A stretch of 21,174 nt of DNA from Calditrichia bacterium (GTDB lineage: Bacteria > Calditrichota > Calditrichia > RBG-13-44-9). The notes beneath the pieces were generated by a model. That model made no database searches. It was not told the origin of the DNA and saw only the letters and a list, made by a program, of their open reading frames with translations. Positions 7,791 through 17,092 of this stretch are shown here, one piece after another (position 1 is the stretch's first letter; each line of letters begins with the position of its first letter). The stretch is from NCBI GenBank assembly GCA_037381445.1, contig JARRQT010000022.1, positions 1 through 21,174 of the forward strand. Reading direction: 5' to 3'. Made by a program: the position numbers and the translations under genes.

Positions 7791-10154
7791 TCAATATCCC
7801 GCATGTTCCGAACGGGCGATGATTTCGTCCTGCAAATCCCTTCCCAGATCCACAAAATAATCGCTGTATCCGGCCACGCGGACGATCAGATCCCTGTACT
7901 CCTCCGGATGCGCCTGGGCTTTGCGCAGGGTCTCCGCGGTCACCACATTGAATTGAATATGGTGGCCGTCCATCCGGAAATAGGTGCGGATGAGCTGAGC
8001 GAGCTTGGCAATGCCGTTATCGTCGCTGAGAAGCTGCGGCGTGAATTTCTGATTGAGCAGCGTTCCCCCGGTGCGAATATGATCGATTTTGGCGGCGGAT
8101 TTGAGCACGGCGGTAGGGCCGTTCTGGTCGGCACCCTGGACCGGCGAAATTCCTTCCGAAAGCGGTTTGTGCGCTTTTCTGCCATCGGGAGTGGCGCCAA
8201 CCTTGCTGCCGAAATAGACATGCGAGGTGGTAGGCAGCAGGTTAATGCGGAAGTAACCGCCTTTGCTGTTCGGCCTGCCGTCCACGGCATGATAATAAAT
8301 TTCGAAAATTTGTTTCATGATGTCATCGGCATAGTCGTTGTCATTCCCGTATTTGGGAGCGGCTTCCCTGAGCAGGCGCTGCAGTTCTTCGTGCCCGGAA
8401 AAATCGTTCTGCAGGGCCTCCATGAATGCCTGCAGAGAAATTTGTTTCCTGTCAAAAACATAATACTTTATGGCGGCGAGGGAATCGGTGATGCTTCCCA
8501 ATCCCACTCCTTGGATATACGAAGTGTTGTAGCGGGCCCCGCCGTCATTATAATCTTTGCCCCTGGCAATGCAGTCATCGATCAGGAGCGACATGAACGG
8601 CGCCGGCAGGCAGCGGGCGTACAGCCGCTCGATGATTATATTCCCCTTAATCTTGATATCGATGAAGTGATTCAATTGTTTTTCATAGGCCTGCAGGAGA
8701 TCGTCAAAGTTTTTAAATTCGCCGGCAGCGCCGGTTTTCAGACCGATCTGTTTTCCGGTGAGCGGGTCCGTTCCGTCATTGAGGGTAATTTCCAGAATCT
8801 TGACCAGATTGAAATACCCGGTAAGAATATAGGATTCTTTTCCGAACGCTCCGGTTTCCACACAACCACTGGCGCCGCCGTTCCGGGCATCGATCACAGA
8901 TTTCCCCTGCCGGATCAGTTCCTGAATGATGGCATCGGTATTGAAGATGGAAGGCTGTCCGAAGCCCGTCTTCACAATTTTAAGGGCCCGCTTGATGAAA
9001 CGGTCGGGGTTCTTTTTGCTGAGCTGCACCATGGAGGAAGGCTGGAGAAGTCGCATCTCTTCGATGACATCGAGAATCAGATAGGAAAGTTCATTCACCG
9101 CATCCGAACCGTCCTCTTTCAGTCCGCCCAGATTAATGAGGCAGAAATCCGTATAGGTGTTGCTTTCCTGCGCGGTGACCCCCACCTTGGGCGGGGCGGG
9201 CTGATTGTTGAATTTGATCCAGAATGCCTGCAGCAGCTCCCGGGCGTTTTCCTCACTCAGACTGTCGTCCTCAATTCCATTCTTGTAAAACGGGTAAAGA
9301 TGCTGGTCCAGTCTGCCGGGATTAAAAGAATCCCAGGTGTTCAATTCGGTAATCACACCCAGATGGACAAACCAGTAATACTGGAGCGCTTCCCGGAAAT
9401 TTCGGGGCGCACGGGCCGGCACGCGCTCGCAGGTTATGGCGATTTCGCGCAGTTCTTTTTGCTGTGAGGGATTGTCCTCCCGCTCTGCCAGCGCCCGCGC
9501 CTTTTGCGCGTGCCGCTCTGCAAATTCAACCAGCGCACCGGCTGCAATTTTCATAGCCCTGAATTCTTCCCGTTTCTGCCAGACGCTTTGATCATTGAAA
9601 AAATCGAGATTGTTAATCTGCTGTTGTATTTCATCTATGAAATCGAGCATCCCTTTGCCGTAGATTTTGCTGCCCAGAACGGTATGTCCGGGGGCGCGCT
9701 GTTCCATAAATTCGGTGAAGATGCCCGCCTCGTAGGCCGCCTTCCAGGACTCATCCATTTCCGAAAAAATGCGATCGCGAATGGAACGCCCCTCCCAGAA
9801 AGGGATAATCGAATCTTGATAGATTCTGCGGGTTTCATCCGCTACCCGGAAGGAAATTTTTTCACGGGAATCCAGTATTTCGAGATCCTGCAGGCTGTGG
9901 ATGCACAACTCGGGATAAGTCGGGGTGGCTTTTGGCGCGGGGCCTCTTTCTCCCACGATGAGTTCACCGGGATTGATGCAAATCCGTTTGTGTTCCAGCA
10001 GATATTTAAATGCCAGCGCCCGCGTCACGGGAACGGATGATTTCTCCGGAATACCGCTTTTGTAAAATTCGGTGAGCAGAACCGCCCGTTCATGATCCAG
10101 AACCGGTACGGCATTGAGGCTTTGCTCCCTGAGATTTTTGATTCTTTCGTTCAT
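7791..10154 (-). CDS. hypD: Glycyl radical enzyme, trans-4-hydroxy-L-proline dehydratase
   Basis: Gly loop RVAGYS (Gly762) and Cys loop SGCVE (Cys431/Glu433). HypD-type active-site segments: FTEFMEQRAPGHT (Phe, His), NTWDSF (Trp, Asp), ESNTYTDF (Ser, Asp, Phe), ESYILTGY (Tyr) and LLPTTSH (Thr). The ATG at 10154 lies 1 nt after the activase stop and gives 787 aa; the ORF track starts at 10169. Confidence 0.9.
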   Translation of the reverse strand: MNERIKNLREQSLNAVPVLDHERAVLLTEFYKSGIPEKSSVPVTRALAFKYLLEHKRICINPGELIVGERGPAPKATPTYPELCIHSLQDLEILDSREKISFRVADETRRIYQDSIIPFWEGRSIRDRIFSEMDESWKAAYEAGIFTEFMEQRAPGHTVLGSKIYGKGMLDFIDEIQQQINNLDFFNDQSVWQKREEFRAMKIAAGALVEFAERHAQKARALAEREDNPSQQKELREIAITCERVPARAPRNFREALQYYWFVHLGVITELNTWDSFNPGRLDQHLYPFYKNGIEDDSLSEENARELLQAFWIKFNNQPAPPKVGVTAQESNTYTDFCLINLGGLKEDGSDAVNELSYLILDVIEEMRLLQPSSMVQLSKKNPDRFIKRALKIVKTGFGQPSIFNTDAIIQELIRQGKSVIDARNGGASGCVETGAFGKESYILTGYFNLVKILEITLNDGTDPLTGKQIGLKTGAAGEFKNFDDLLQAYEKQLNHFIDIKIKGNIIIERLYARCLPAPFMSLLIDDCIARGKDYNDGGARYNTSYIQGVGLGSITDSLAAIKYYVFDRKQISLQAFMEALQNDFSGHEELQRLLREAAPKYGNDNDYADDIMKQIFEIYYHAVDGRPNSKGGYFRINLLPTTSHVYFGSKVGATPDGRKAHKPLSEGISPVQGADQNGPTAVLKSAAKIDHIRTGGTLLNQKFTPQLLSDDNGIAKLAQLIRTYFRMDGHHIQFNVVTAETLRKAQAHPEEYRDLIVRVAGYSDYFVDLGRDLQDEIIARSEHAGY

Positions 10155-10155
10155 G

Positions 10156-10971
10156 CTATCCCCCGACATTCACAATAAAACCTGAATTTTCAAAGTGCTG
10201 TTTTATCTCCCCCAGAAATTCTTCGGATTGAACTTCCAGATGACCTAGTTGGTTCGGCTGGTTCAGTTTAGTGTATTTGCTGCTGCTCAGAAAATTATAT
10301 GGCAGCAGATCGATATGATGAATCTCTTTCGAAGAAGTTAAAAAATCAGCCAAACCATCCAGATTTTTCCGGGTGTCCGTAATGCCGGGAATCAGCGGGA
10401 CGCGGACCCGGATTTTTTTCCCAGCTTTGGTCAATTTCATCAGATTTTCAAGAATGAGCCGGTTGGAAACGCCCGTGTATTTCACATGGTCGGCATCATT
10501 CATCAGTTTAAGATCGTATAGAAAAAGATCCGTCTTGGCATATATCTTTTCGAAGGACTTCCAGGGGACATGTCCGCAGGTATCCACAGCGGTGTGGATT
10601 TCCTTTGCCTTGCAGGCGGATAGCAGAGCGGCGAGAAATTCCGGCTGCATGAGCGGTTCCCCGCCGGAAAATGTCACGCCGCCGCCGGATTCATCAAAAA
10701 ACAGTATATCTTTTTCAATTTCCTTCATCATCTCTGCCGCTGAGACAATCTGACCGATATTTTCCTCTTCTTCCGCAGAAACGGGCGTGTCCGTCAAAAA
10801 CTGCCTGACCCGGAAGCCATTGGCCGGTTCGATTTCCGATTTCTGGCTTTCGGGGTTGTGGCACCACCGGCACTGCAGCGGGCATCCCTTTAGAAAGACC
10901 GTGGTCCGGATGCCCGGTCCGTCATGGACCGCATACTTCTGTATATTGAAAATAATGCCTTTTTCATTCAT
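10156..10971 (-). CDS. Glycyl-radical enzyme activating enzyme (radical SAM), HypD activase
   Basis: HDGPGIRTTVFLKGCPLQCRWCHNPESQ (CX3CX2C), GGGVTFSGGEP, HTAVDTCG, YDLK and LLPY motifs. It abuts hypD. Confidence 0.95.
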   Translation of the reverse strand: MNEKGIIFNIQKYAVHDGPGIRTTVFLKGCPLQCRWCHNPESQKSEIEPANGFRVRQFLTDTPVSAEEEENIGQIVSAAEMMKEIEKDILFFDESGGGVTFSGGEPLMQPEFLAALLSACKAKEIHTAVDTCGHVPWKSFEKIYAKTDLFLYDLKLMNDADHVKYTGVSNRLILENLMKLTKAGKKIRVRVPLIPGITDTRKNLDGLADFLTSSKEIHHIDLLPYNFLSSSKYTKLNQPNQLGHLEVQSEEFLGEIKQHFENSGFIVNVGG

Positions 10972-11343
10972 TTGATAAAATTAACGTCCCCATATTGCCG
11001 AATGGCTACAATTTTACTCCGGTTTAATCCCGTTCCATAAAAATTAGCTGTCAATTTGCTCCCGGCAGTGAATGGAGGAACTCTACGCTGAAAAATCTGA
11101 TTCATGAGCAAATGAACCGCATTCATATCATACGGAACTTAATTTAAAAAAACCGGCTTTTCATTCAAATTTTTAATTTTGGATGGATTTAATGAAGTGA
11201 TGAAAATTCAAAATATCATAAAGATCATTTGCAGAATTTTGAATTCCGGGGATGAAAGAGGCCTTCCTGCCAGGGCAATGACGCAAGCCGTTCTCGCTCC
11301 CAAAGCGCATCTCCGGGTGAATTGCTGCCCGGAGGTCATTCTG

Positions 11344-13767
11344 CTAGTTTTCCAGGAATGCTCGCACAAACTCAGCCAGGGCAGCGGGAGAAAAAGGTTT
11401 TTGAATAAATCGAACGCTTTTTTCCGGATTCCCGGGCTGCACAATGTTGTCATCCGTGTATCCCGACATATAGATGACTTTCATTTCCGGTTTCAGCGGT
11501 TTGCAATTTTGAGCGAGCTGAACGCCGTTTATTCCCGGCATCACCACATCGGTGAGAAGCAGATGAATGTCATCTATATAATTCCTGCAAATTTCCAGGG
11601 CTTGCTGTCCGTCGGGTGCATCCAGAACGTGATAACCCAGGGATTTCAGCGTGTCGCAGATGAGCAGGCGTACCTGCTCCTCATCTTCAACTACCAGAAT
11701 TGTTTCGTTCCCGTTTGCCGATTCCCGCTCGGGCTGCGGAATATGCCGCGTTTCGGGTTGATTGTCAACCTCCGGGAAAAACAGTTTAAAGGTGGTCCCT
11801 TTGCCGGGGAGGCTCTCTACAAAAATGTTTCCGCCGCTCTGTCTGATGATGCCATATGCGGTTGATAATCCCAGACCGGTACCTTTTCCGTTGCCTTTGG
11901 TGGTAAAAAAGGGCTCGAACAAATGGGATTGTGTTTCTTCATCCATCCCTGTTCCAGTATCGCTGATTGTAAGGACCACGTAGTTACCGGGTGTCAGTAA
12001 TGAATATATTCTTGTGTTCTCCTTTTCGATGCGCATTTTTCGGGTCCTAAGAGTTAGCTTCCCTCCCTGCGGCATGGCATCACGGGCGTTGACCACCAGA
12101 TTGAGAATGACCTGTTCAATTTGGGTCTGGTCTGCCCGGATGGAGCCGATCTCCTGATCCAGCTCGGCCCGGAACTGTATATCCGCGAGAAGAAGTCGTC
12201 TCAGCATATCTTCTATTTCGGCGATTAAGTGATTGAGGTTTATTACGGTGGGTTTGAGGAACTGTTTGCGGCTGAAGGCAAGCAGCTGCTGAACAAGGTT
12301 AGCCGCCCGCTGGGACGCTTTATCAATTTGGGCCACTTCCCGATGAAGCTTGTCGTTTTCTTTTAATTGCATCAGCAAAAGTTCGCTGTAGCCCTGAATA
12401 ATGGTCAGCAGATTATTGAAATCGTGGGCGATGCCCCCGGCAAGCCGCCCAATGGCCTCCATCTTCTGGGCATGGCGGAGCTGCTCTTCCAGTTGTTTAC
12501 GTTCGGTCATATCCAGAAAGTGGGCAAGTGTTCTCGCATTTCCCTGCGAATCCTTTATGACCGATACGCTCAGGAGCGCGTGGCATTCGCTCCCGTCTTT
12601 TCTCTGAATTTTTATTTCGTAGCGGACCGGTACCTTCTCTCCCTTTTGCCGCCGAATATAATAATCCGTTACGATTTTAAGACTTTCGGCATCAAAAAAA
12701 TTCCGGAAATCGTTTCCGACAAGCTCCTCTTTTGAGTACTGCAGAATTCCGGAAAGTTCATCATTGGCATACTGGATCTTGAAATTATCATCAACAATAA
12801 CAAAACCGCCCAGCGAATATTCCACGATGGTCCTGAATTTCGATTCCGACTCCTTAAGATTTTCCTCGGCACGTTTTCGTTTGGTAATGTCCAGTATGGT
12901 TCCGATTATGGAAGGTTTGCCGTCATATAAGACCCTCCGGCTCAGCAGTTCGCAGTGAATAATCTTTCCGGACTTGTGAATCCCGCGGAATTCATAATGC
13001 AGGGAATCCGTCCCCTGCCGCGACATGCTGGCGATTTCCCGGATGATCGCATCCCGGTCTTCCGCATGAATCAGTTGGGAAGGTTTTAAATTCAGCAGGA
13101 TATCTTCCGCGTCATATCCAAAAATATCCGCGAATGCCGGATTAGCATAAAGAAATTTTCGGTTCTGGACGATTACTACCCCGGCGAGTGAACCATCGGT
13201 GACCATACGAAAACGCGCTTCACTTTCTTTGACAGCCGCTTCGGAGCGTTTGATCTCGGATATGTTCACAATGACGCCTCTCAGTCCCACCGCTTCCCCG
13301 GCCCGGATAATGGGACTTGAGAATATGATGATCGGGAAGGTGCTATTGTCCTTTCGCAGGGCCGTATATTCATTACTGGCAGGTGTCTGCCCCCGCAGAA
13401 CATTTGAGATTTGTTGTTGCGCCCTCTCGCGGTCTTCTTCCACCAGCATTTGAAAAGCAGTCAGTTCCCCGTTAAAATCTTCGGGAAGATACCCGAATTG
13501 CCGGAACGCCTGGTTATTGACGAAAGTCAGTCTGCCCCGGGTATCCATTTCAAAAATGATCTGGGGCAGCATTTCCGCCAACTCTTTGTAGCGCAGCTCA
13601 CTCTCCCGGAGGGCTTTTTCCGTTAGTTCATGCCTGTCAATTTCCCGTTTCAATTTCTGTGTTTTGTCACGAATGATCCTGCGGCAGATGATCATTCCGG
13701 CCATGAAAAGCAGGAACAGCAGAACGGATAGGTTCAGAAAGAGAAGGAGAGAATTTGAAAAAATCAT
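11344..13767 (-). CDS. Hybrid sensor histidine kinase/response regulator (TM, 3 PAS, HisKA, HATPase, REC; CckA-like architecture)
   Basis: N-terminal TM helix and three PAS/PAC repeats ending in NIS, DIT and DMT. H-box [14 protein letters not shown]-box [29 protein letters not shown], and receiver LVVEDE...LLLTDVVMP...QKPF. The start is uncertain (ATG 13767 or GTG 13827). Confidence 0.93.
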   Translation of the reverse strand: MIFSNSLLLFLNLSVLLFLLFMAGMIICRRIIRDKTQKLKREIDRHELTEKALRESELRYKELAEMLPQIIFEMDTRGRLTFVNNQAFRQFGYLPEDFNGELTAFQMLVEEDRERAQQQISNVLRGQTPASNEYTALRKDNSTFPIIIFSSPIIRAGEAVGLRGVIVNISEIKRSEAAVKESEARFRMVTDGSLAGVVIVQNRKFLYANPAFADIFGYDAEDILLNLKPSQLIHAEDRDAIIREIASMSRQGTDSLHYEFRGIHKSGKIIHCELLSRRVLYDGKPSIIGTILDITKRKRAEENLKESESKFRTIVEYSLGGFVIVDDNFKIQYANDELSGILQYSKEELVGNDFRNFFDAESLKIVTDYYIRRQKGEKVPVRYEIKIQRKDGSECHALLSVSVIKDSQGNARTLAHFLDMTERKQLEEQLRHAQKMEAIGRLAGGIAHDFNNLLTIIQGYSELLLMQLKENDKLHREVAQIDKASQRAANLVQQLLAFSRKQFLKPTVINLNHLIAEIEDMLRRLLLADIQFRAELDQEIGSIRADQTQIEQVILNLVVNARDAMPQGGKLTLRTRKMRIEKENTRIYSLLTPGNYVVLTISDTGTGMDEETQSHLFEPFFTTKGNGKGTGLGLSTAYGIIRQSGGNIFVESLPGKGTTFKLFFPEVDNQPETRHIPQPERESANGNETILVVEDEEQVRLLICDTLKSLGYHVLDAPDGQQALEICRNYIDDIHLLLTDVVMPGINGVQLAQNCKPLKPEMKVIYMSGYTDDNIVQPGNPEKSVRFIQKPFSPAALAEFVRAFLEN

Positions 13768-14219
13768 AATGCCTGTCTGAATATTATTACAGCCGATATT
13801 TTTTAAGGACAACTTTTGTACTAACACTTATAATCGTATGAAATCTTAAAACCTTGATTTCTTTTAATAAATAGGAATAAAAAAGTGTTTTGTTTTGGGG
13901 AATGCCCGGATATCTCGCAAATTTGATTCCGCTTCGTCAACAAGAATGTTTTTAGCAACCTTGTTATATGTTTTTTTAAGATGCAGGCTAATTAATTTAT
14001 TTCAGCCAGGTTTCCATTCCCGGTTTCCCCGGGGCTCAACTATCAGGCTTAATCCACAGGTTATCTTTGGTCTATGAGACGGCAGAGCTTGTATTTGTTC
14101 AAGAATGCAAGTCGCGTTGATTTGTTTTTAATTTCATGGAAATTTTCCCGCTTTGCATGGTAAAAGGCAATTGAGTCAATAAAAAAACGGTAAAGGTTAA
14201 ATCCGGAAAAGAGCTGTTG

Positions 14220-15323
14220 ATGGACTTTGGAATTGCATCTACGAAGAAAAATAAGTGGTTACTGATCATTCCGGCGGTCCTGTTTGCATTCCTCATTCTG
14301 TTTCTTGATTACATTACCGGCATTGAACTGGACTTCTCCATCTTTTATATGCTTCCGATTCTGTTCCTGACCTGGTATGTGGGTTTTAATACCGGCCTTG
14401 TCTTCGCCTTCCTGGGTGAGGGATTTGATGTTATAGCCAATCTTCTGGCGGGAAAGGTATATTCGAATGCAGGCATTTTCTACTGGGATATTATTCAGGA
14501 CCTGGCCATTTACGTGTTTTTTGTATTCATAGTCAGCCGTCTCAGGACTTCGGTGGACAACCTGCGGGAACTCACCGAGAGCCAGGCACAGACTAACCGT
14601 TTTTTGCAGGAAGCCAATGAAGCGAAAAATGAAATACTGCGCATTGTCAGCCATGATCTAAAAAATCCGCTCATTGGCATTCAGGGTCTGGCTCGTCGGC
14701 TGGCGGACAAAAACATCCGTTTTGCGGATGAAAATGTCCGGACTTATGGTTCCACCATTTTGAATGCGACAGATAAAATGTTTCTTTTGATTGATAACCT
14801 GCTGGAAGCCGATAAATATGAGAACGGCGTGATCCCCCTGTCGGAGGAAGAATTCGATCTCTCCGAAAAAATCCGGCAGGTCCTTCAGAAATATCGCAAG
14901 CGCCTGACGGATAAAAAATTGAAGGTGAGTTTTTCATGCGACGAACCGGTTGCTTTTATTGGCGATTCGCTGGTCATGGAGCAGATTTTCGATAATCTGG
15001 TCTCCAACGCCATTAAATTCACCCCCTGCTGCAAACAGATTGATGTGGAATTGCAGGAGCGCAGCGGTTATGTTTTTCTCGAGGTGAAGGATGAAGGGCC
15101 GGGTATCCGGCAGGAGGACATGGAGAAGTTGTTCAGAAAGTTTTCCCGTTTATCATCGAAGACGGCGCCCGATGAGCATTCCAGCGGTCTGGGACTTTAC
15201 ATTGTCAGGAGACTGGTGGAAGCGCAGGACGGGGAAGTGTGGTGCGAGAGCGAAGCAGGACAAGGGGCAAAATTTGTTGTGAAACTGCCCGCCAAAACGG
15301 CCAGGAAACGGGAGCATATTTAA
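14220..15323 (+). CDS. Membrane-bound sensor histidine kinase
   Basis: About 4 N-terminal TM helices, H-box VSHDLKNPL, N-box DNLVSNAIKF, DEGPG and SGLGL. The start is ATG 14220 or TTG 14217. Confidence 0.92.
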   Translation: MDFGIASTKKNKWLLIIPAVLFAFLILFLDYITGIELDFSIFYMLPILFLTWYVGFNTGLVFAFLGEGFDVIANLLAGKVYSNAGIFYWDIIQDLAIYVFFVFIVSRLRTSVDNLRELTESQAQTNRFLQEANEAKNEILRIVSHDLKNPLIGIQGLARRLADKNIRFADENVRTYGSTILNATDKMFLLIDNLLEADKYENGVIPLSEEEFDLSEKIRQVLQKYRKRLTDKKLKVSFSCDEPVAFIGDSLVMEQIFDNLVSNAIKFTPCCKQIDVELQERSGYVFLEVKDEGPGIRQEDMEKLFRKFSRLSSKTAPDEHSSGLGLYIVRRLVEAQDGEVWCESEAGQGAKFVVKLPAKTARKREHI

Positions 15324-15333
15324 TCAGCTTTCA

Positions 15334-15392
15334 CAGGGATTCGTTCAGAAAAACAGGCGGGATTTATTCGGATAATCCCGCGGCGAATCCTG
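15334..15392. terminator. Stem-loop just downstream of the kinase gene
   Basis: GCGGGATT/AATCCCGC stem (15357-15381) nested inside GGATTCG/CGAATCC. A T-run follows only on the minus strand. Confidence 0.4.
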
Positions 15393-15863
15393 AGGATATA
15401 GAGCCGGGGGGAGACACCGAACGACGAACAGGCACCATGCAGGCACTGTCGGATAGACTTTTTTCCAAAAGATCGATGAGTTGCATAATTAAAGCTTGCA
15501 AATTATGAAATCAAACAATATTTTCATTCGTACCGGGCTGGTAGTGCTTTGACGGCACATATTGGCGGATGCTGTTTATTATGCCGGAAACCGGTTCACC
15601 GAATTTCGGAAATTAAATTACCAGGCGCCGATGCGGAGAAGTGAAAAAAATGGCCCGGGAGAATCCGGATAGCGGCAAATCATTATCTTCAAATTGTCTG
15701 CTCCGGGTCTGGCGGATATGGAAAGGACATTTCAGGGAAAAACAAAACAGGATGGTTTTAAGCAGGGATGTGCCTGGCTTCACTGCGCAAAACCCACTTT
15801 TGTCCAAAAAAACATTCCGGAAATTTAGTTTGAAGGAACCGAAATGATGGAAGCGGGTTTTAC

Positions 15864-17042
15864 ATGGGTTTATCGGGAAACAAACGCAATATGAAGCTTT
15901 TTAAACATCTGGAAATCTTGCTGAAGAACACGCTGTCGGATTCGCTGCGTTTGATCTTTGCCCAGTCCGAGTGGACGCCCTCGCCTCCCTATCATAATAT
16001 TTTATTTGTACGGTATGGCGGAATCGGTGATATGATACTGTCCATGCCGGTGCTGGAAAGCGCCCGGGCCCGTTTTCCCGAAGCCCGCATCGATGTCCTC
16101 TGCGACCGGAAGAATATGGCCCCTCTGCTGGGCAGCGCTCTCGCGGACCACATTTACACATATGAAAAACAGCCGCTTAAAATATTAAAATTGGTCAGGC
16201 GGCTCCGCAAAAACAAATATGACTATATCGTCAACCTGGTGCTGTATCCCTCGTTTACATTCGGAATAATTACGCGGCTGATCGGTCCCCGGGCCGGCCG
16301 GGCGGCGGGAAATCAGCAGCGTTTCAGCTATTTTTTCAACCGGAATATGGCTCTGCCTTATCTGCAATCCACCCATATCCTGCAGACGCATTTCAAACTG
16401 GCTTCCGATATTGCCGGAAACCGCCTGCCGCAGCTGTTGACGCCCTGGGTTGAATATGACGGTGGAATCAAGGCCCGGGCGGAGAATATTTACGGGGAGT
16501 TATACCGGAAATTTTCACAAAATTCACATCCGCTAAAAATTGTGGCGCTCAATCTGTCCGCCGGCATCGAACGGCGTGAGTGGCCCGTCGAAAAATACGC
16601 GTCATTTTTGTCTTCTGCCCTGAGGGAGAATAAATTCGGGATTGACGGCTGGGCTGTTATCACCGATATTCACCGACCCGAGCGCGCCGGGGAGCTGGTG
16701 AAGATGGTTGATCATCCGCTTGTTCAGCAACTACCTGTCGTGACCGATTTCCGGGTGTTGATGGAATTCTTGCGGCATCTGCACCTGCTGATCACGCCGG
16801 ACACCTCCCTGGCCCACGCCGCCTCGGCGATGGGGACGCCGGTGCTGGACATGATTATCGGAGAGAACGTTTTTAAATGGGCCCCCTACGCGGTTCATCA
16901 CAGAATGGTTATCTCGGCGGATCCGCTGAGTCTTCGCGAATTGCCGGTCGGGATGGTAAAAGCTGAATTCGACCTGCTGATGTCCGAGCTCGAAAGCAAT
17001 GCCGCAATTGAAAACAATCTTCTCAATATAAGCGGGAATTAG
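15864..17042 (+). CDS. Glycosyltransferase family 9 (ADP-heptose:LPS heptosyltransferase-like)
   Basis: ILFVRYGGIGDMILSMP, FPEARIDVL, LRKNKYD, RREWPVEKY and LLITPDTSLAHAASAMGTP are GT9 motifs. Alternative start at 15891. Confidence 0.9.
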   Translation: MGLSGNKRNMKLFKHLEILLKNTLSDSLRLIFAQSEWTPSPPYHNILFVRYGGIGDMILSMPVLESARARFPEARIDVLCDRKNMAPLLGSALADHIYTYEKQPLKILKLVRRLRKNKYDYIVNLVLYPSFTFGIITRLIGPRAGRAAGNQQRFSYFFNRNMALPYLQSTHILQTHFKLASDIAGNRLPQLLTPWVEYDGGIKARAENIYGELYRKFSQNSHPLKIVALNLSAGIERREWPVEKYASFLSSALRENKFGIDGWAVITDIHRPERAGELVKMVDHPLVQQLPVVTDFRVLMEFLRHLHLLITPDTSLAHAASAMGTPVLDMIIGENVFKWAPYAVHHRMVISADPLSLRELPVGMVKAEFDLLMSELESNAAIENNLLNISGN

Positions 17043-17092
17043 CTTCCCAGGCAGCCCGGTGCCAAATCCATATTAGATTCAGACAAAACTGT

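Noticed and set aside
7788..9467. 559-aa plus-strand ORF antisense to hypD
   Set aside because: It is a codon-register shadow of a well-supported gene, with no recognisable motifs and no RBS. The same applies to the antisense ORFs at 446-967, 5415-6350, 7199-7780, 9504-10040 and 11179-11865.
7791..10154. Annotation as pyruvate formate-lyase, choline TMA-lyase or diol dehydratase
   Set aside because: PFL needs adjacent Cys-Cys in its Cys loop, whereas this enzyme has SGCVE. The surrounding residues match HypD, and there are no microcompartment genes.
10972..11343. Anaerobic regulator (FNR or Rex) site or riboswitch upstream of the hypD activase
   Set aside because: Only a half-site (TTGAT at 10972) and a U-less hairpin (CTCCGGG/CCCGGAG, 11311-11334) are present, which is not enough support.
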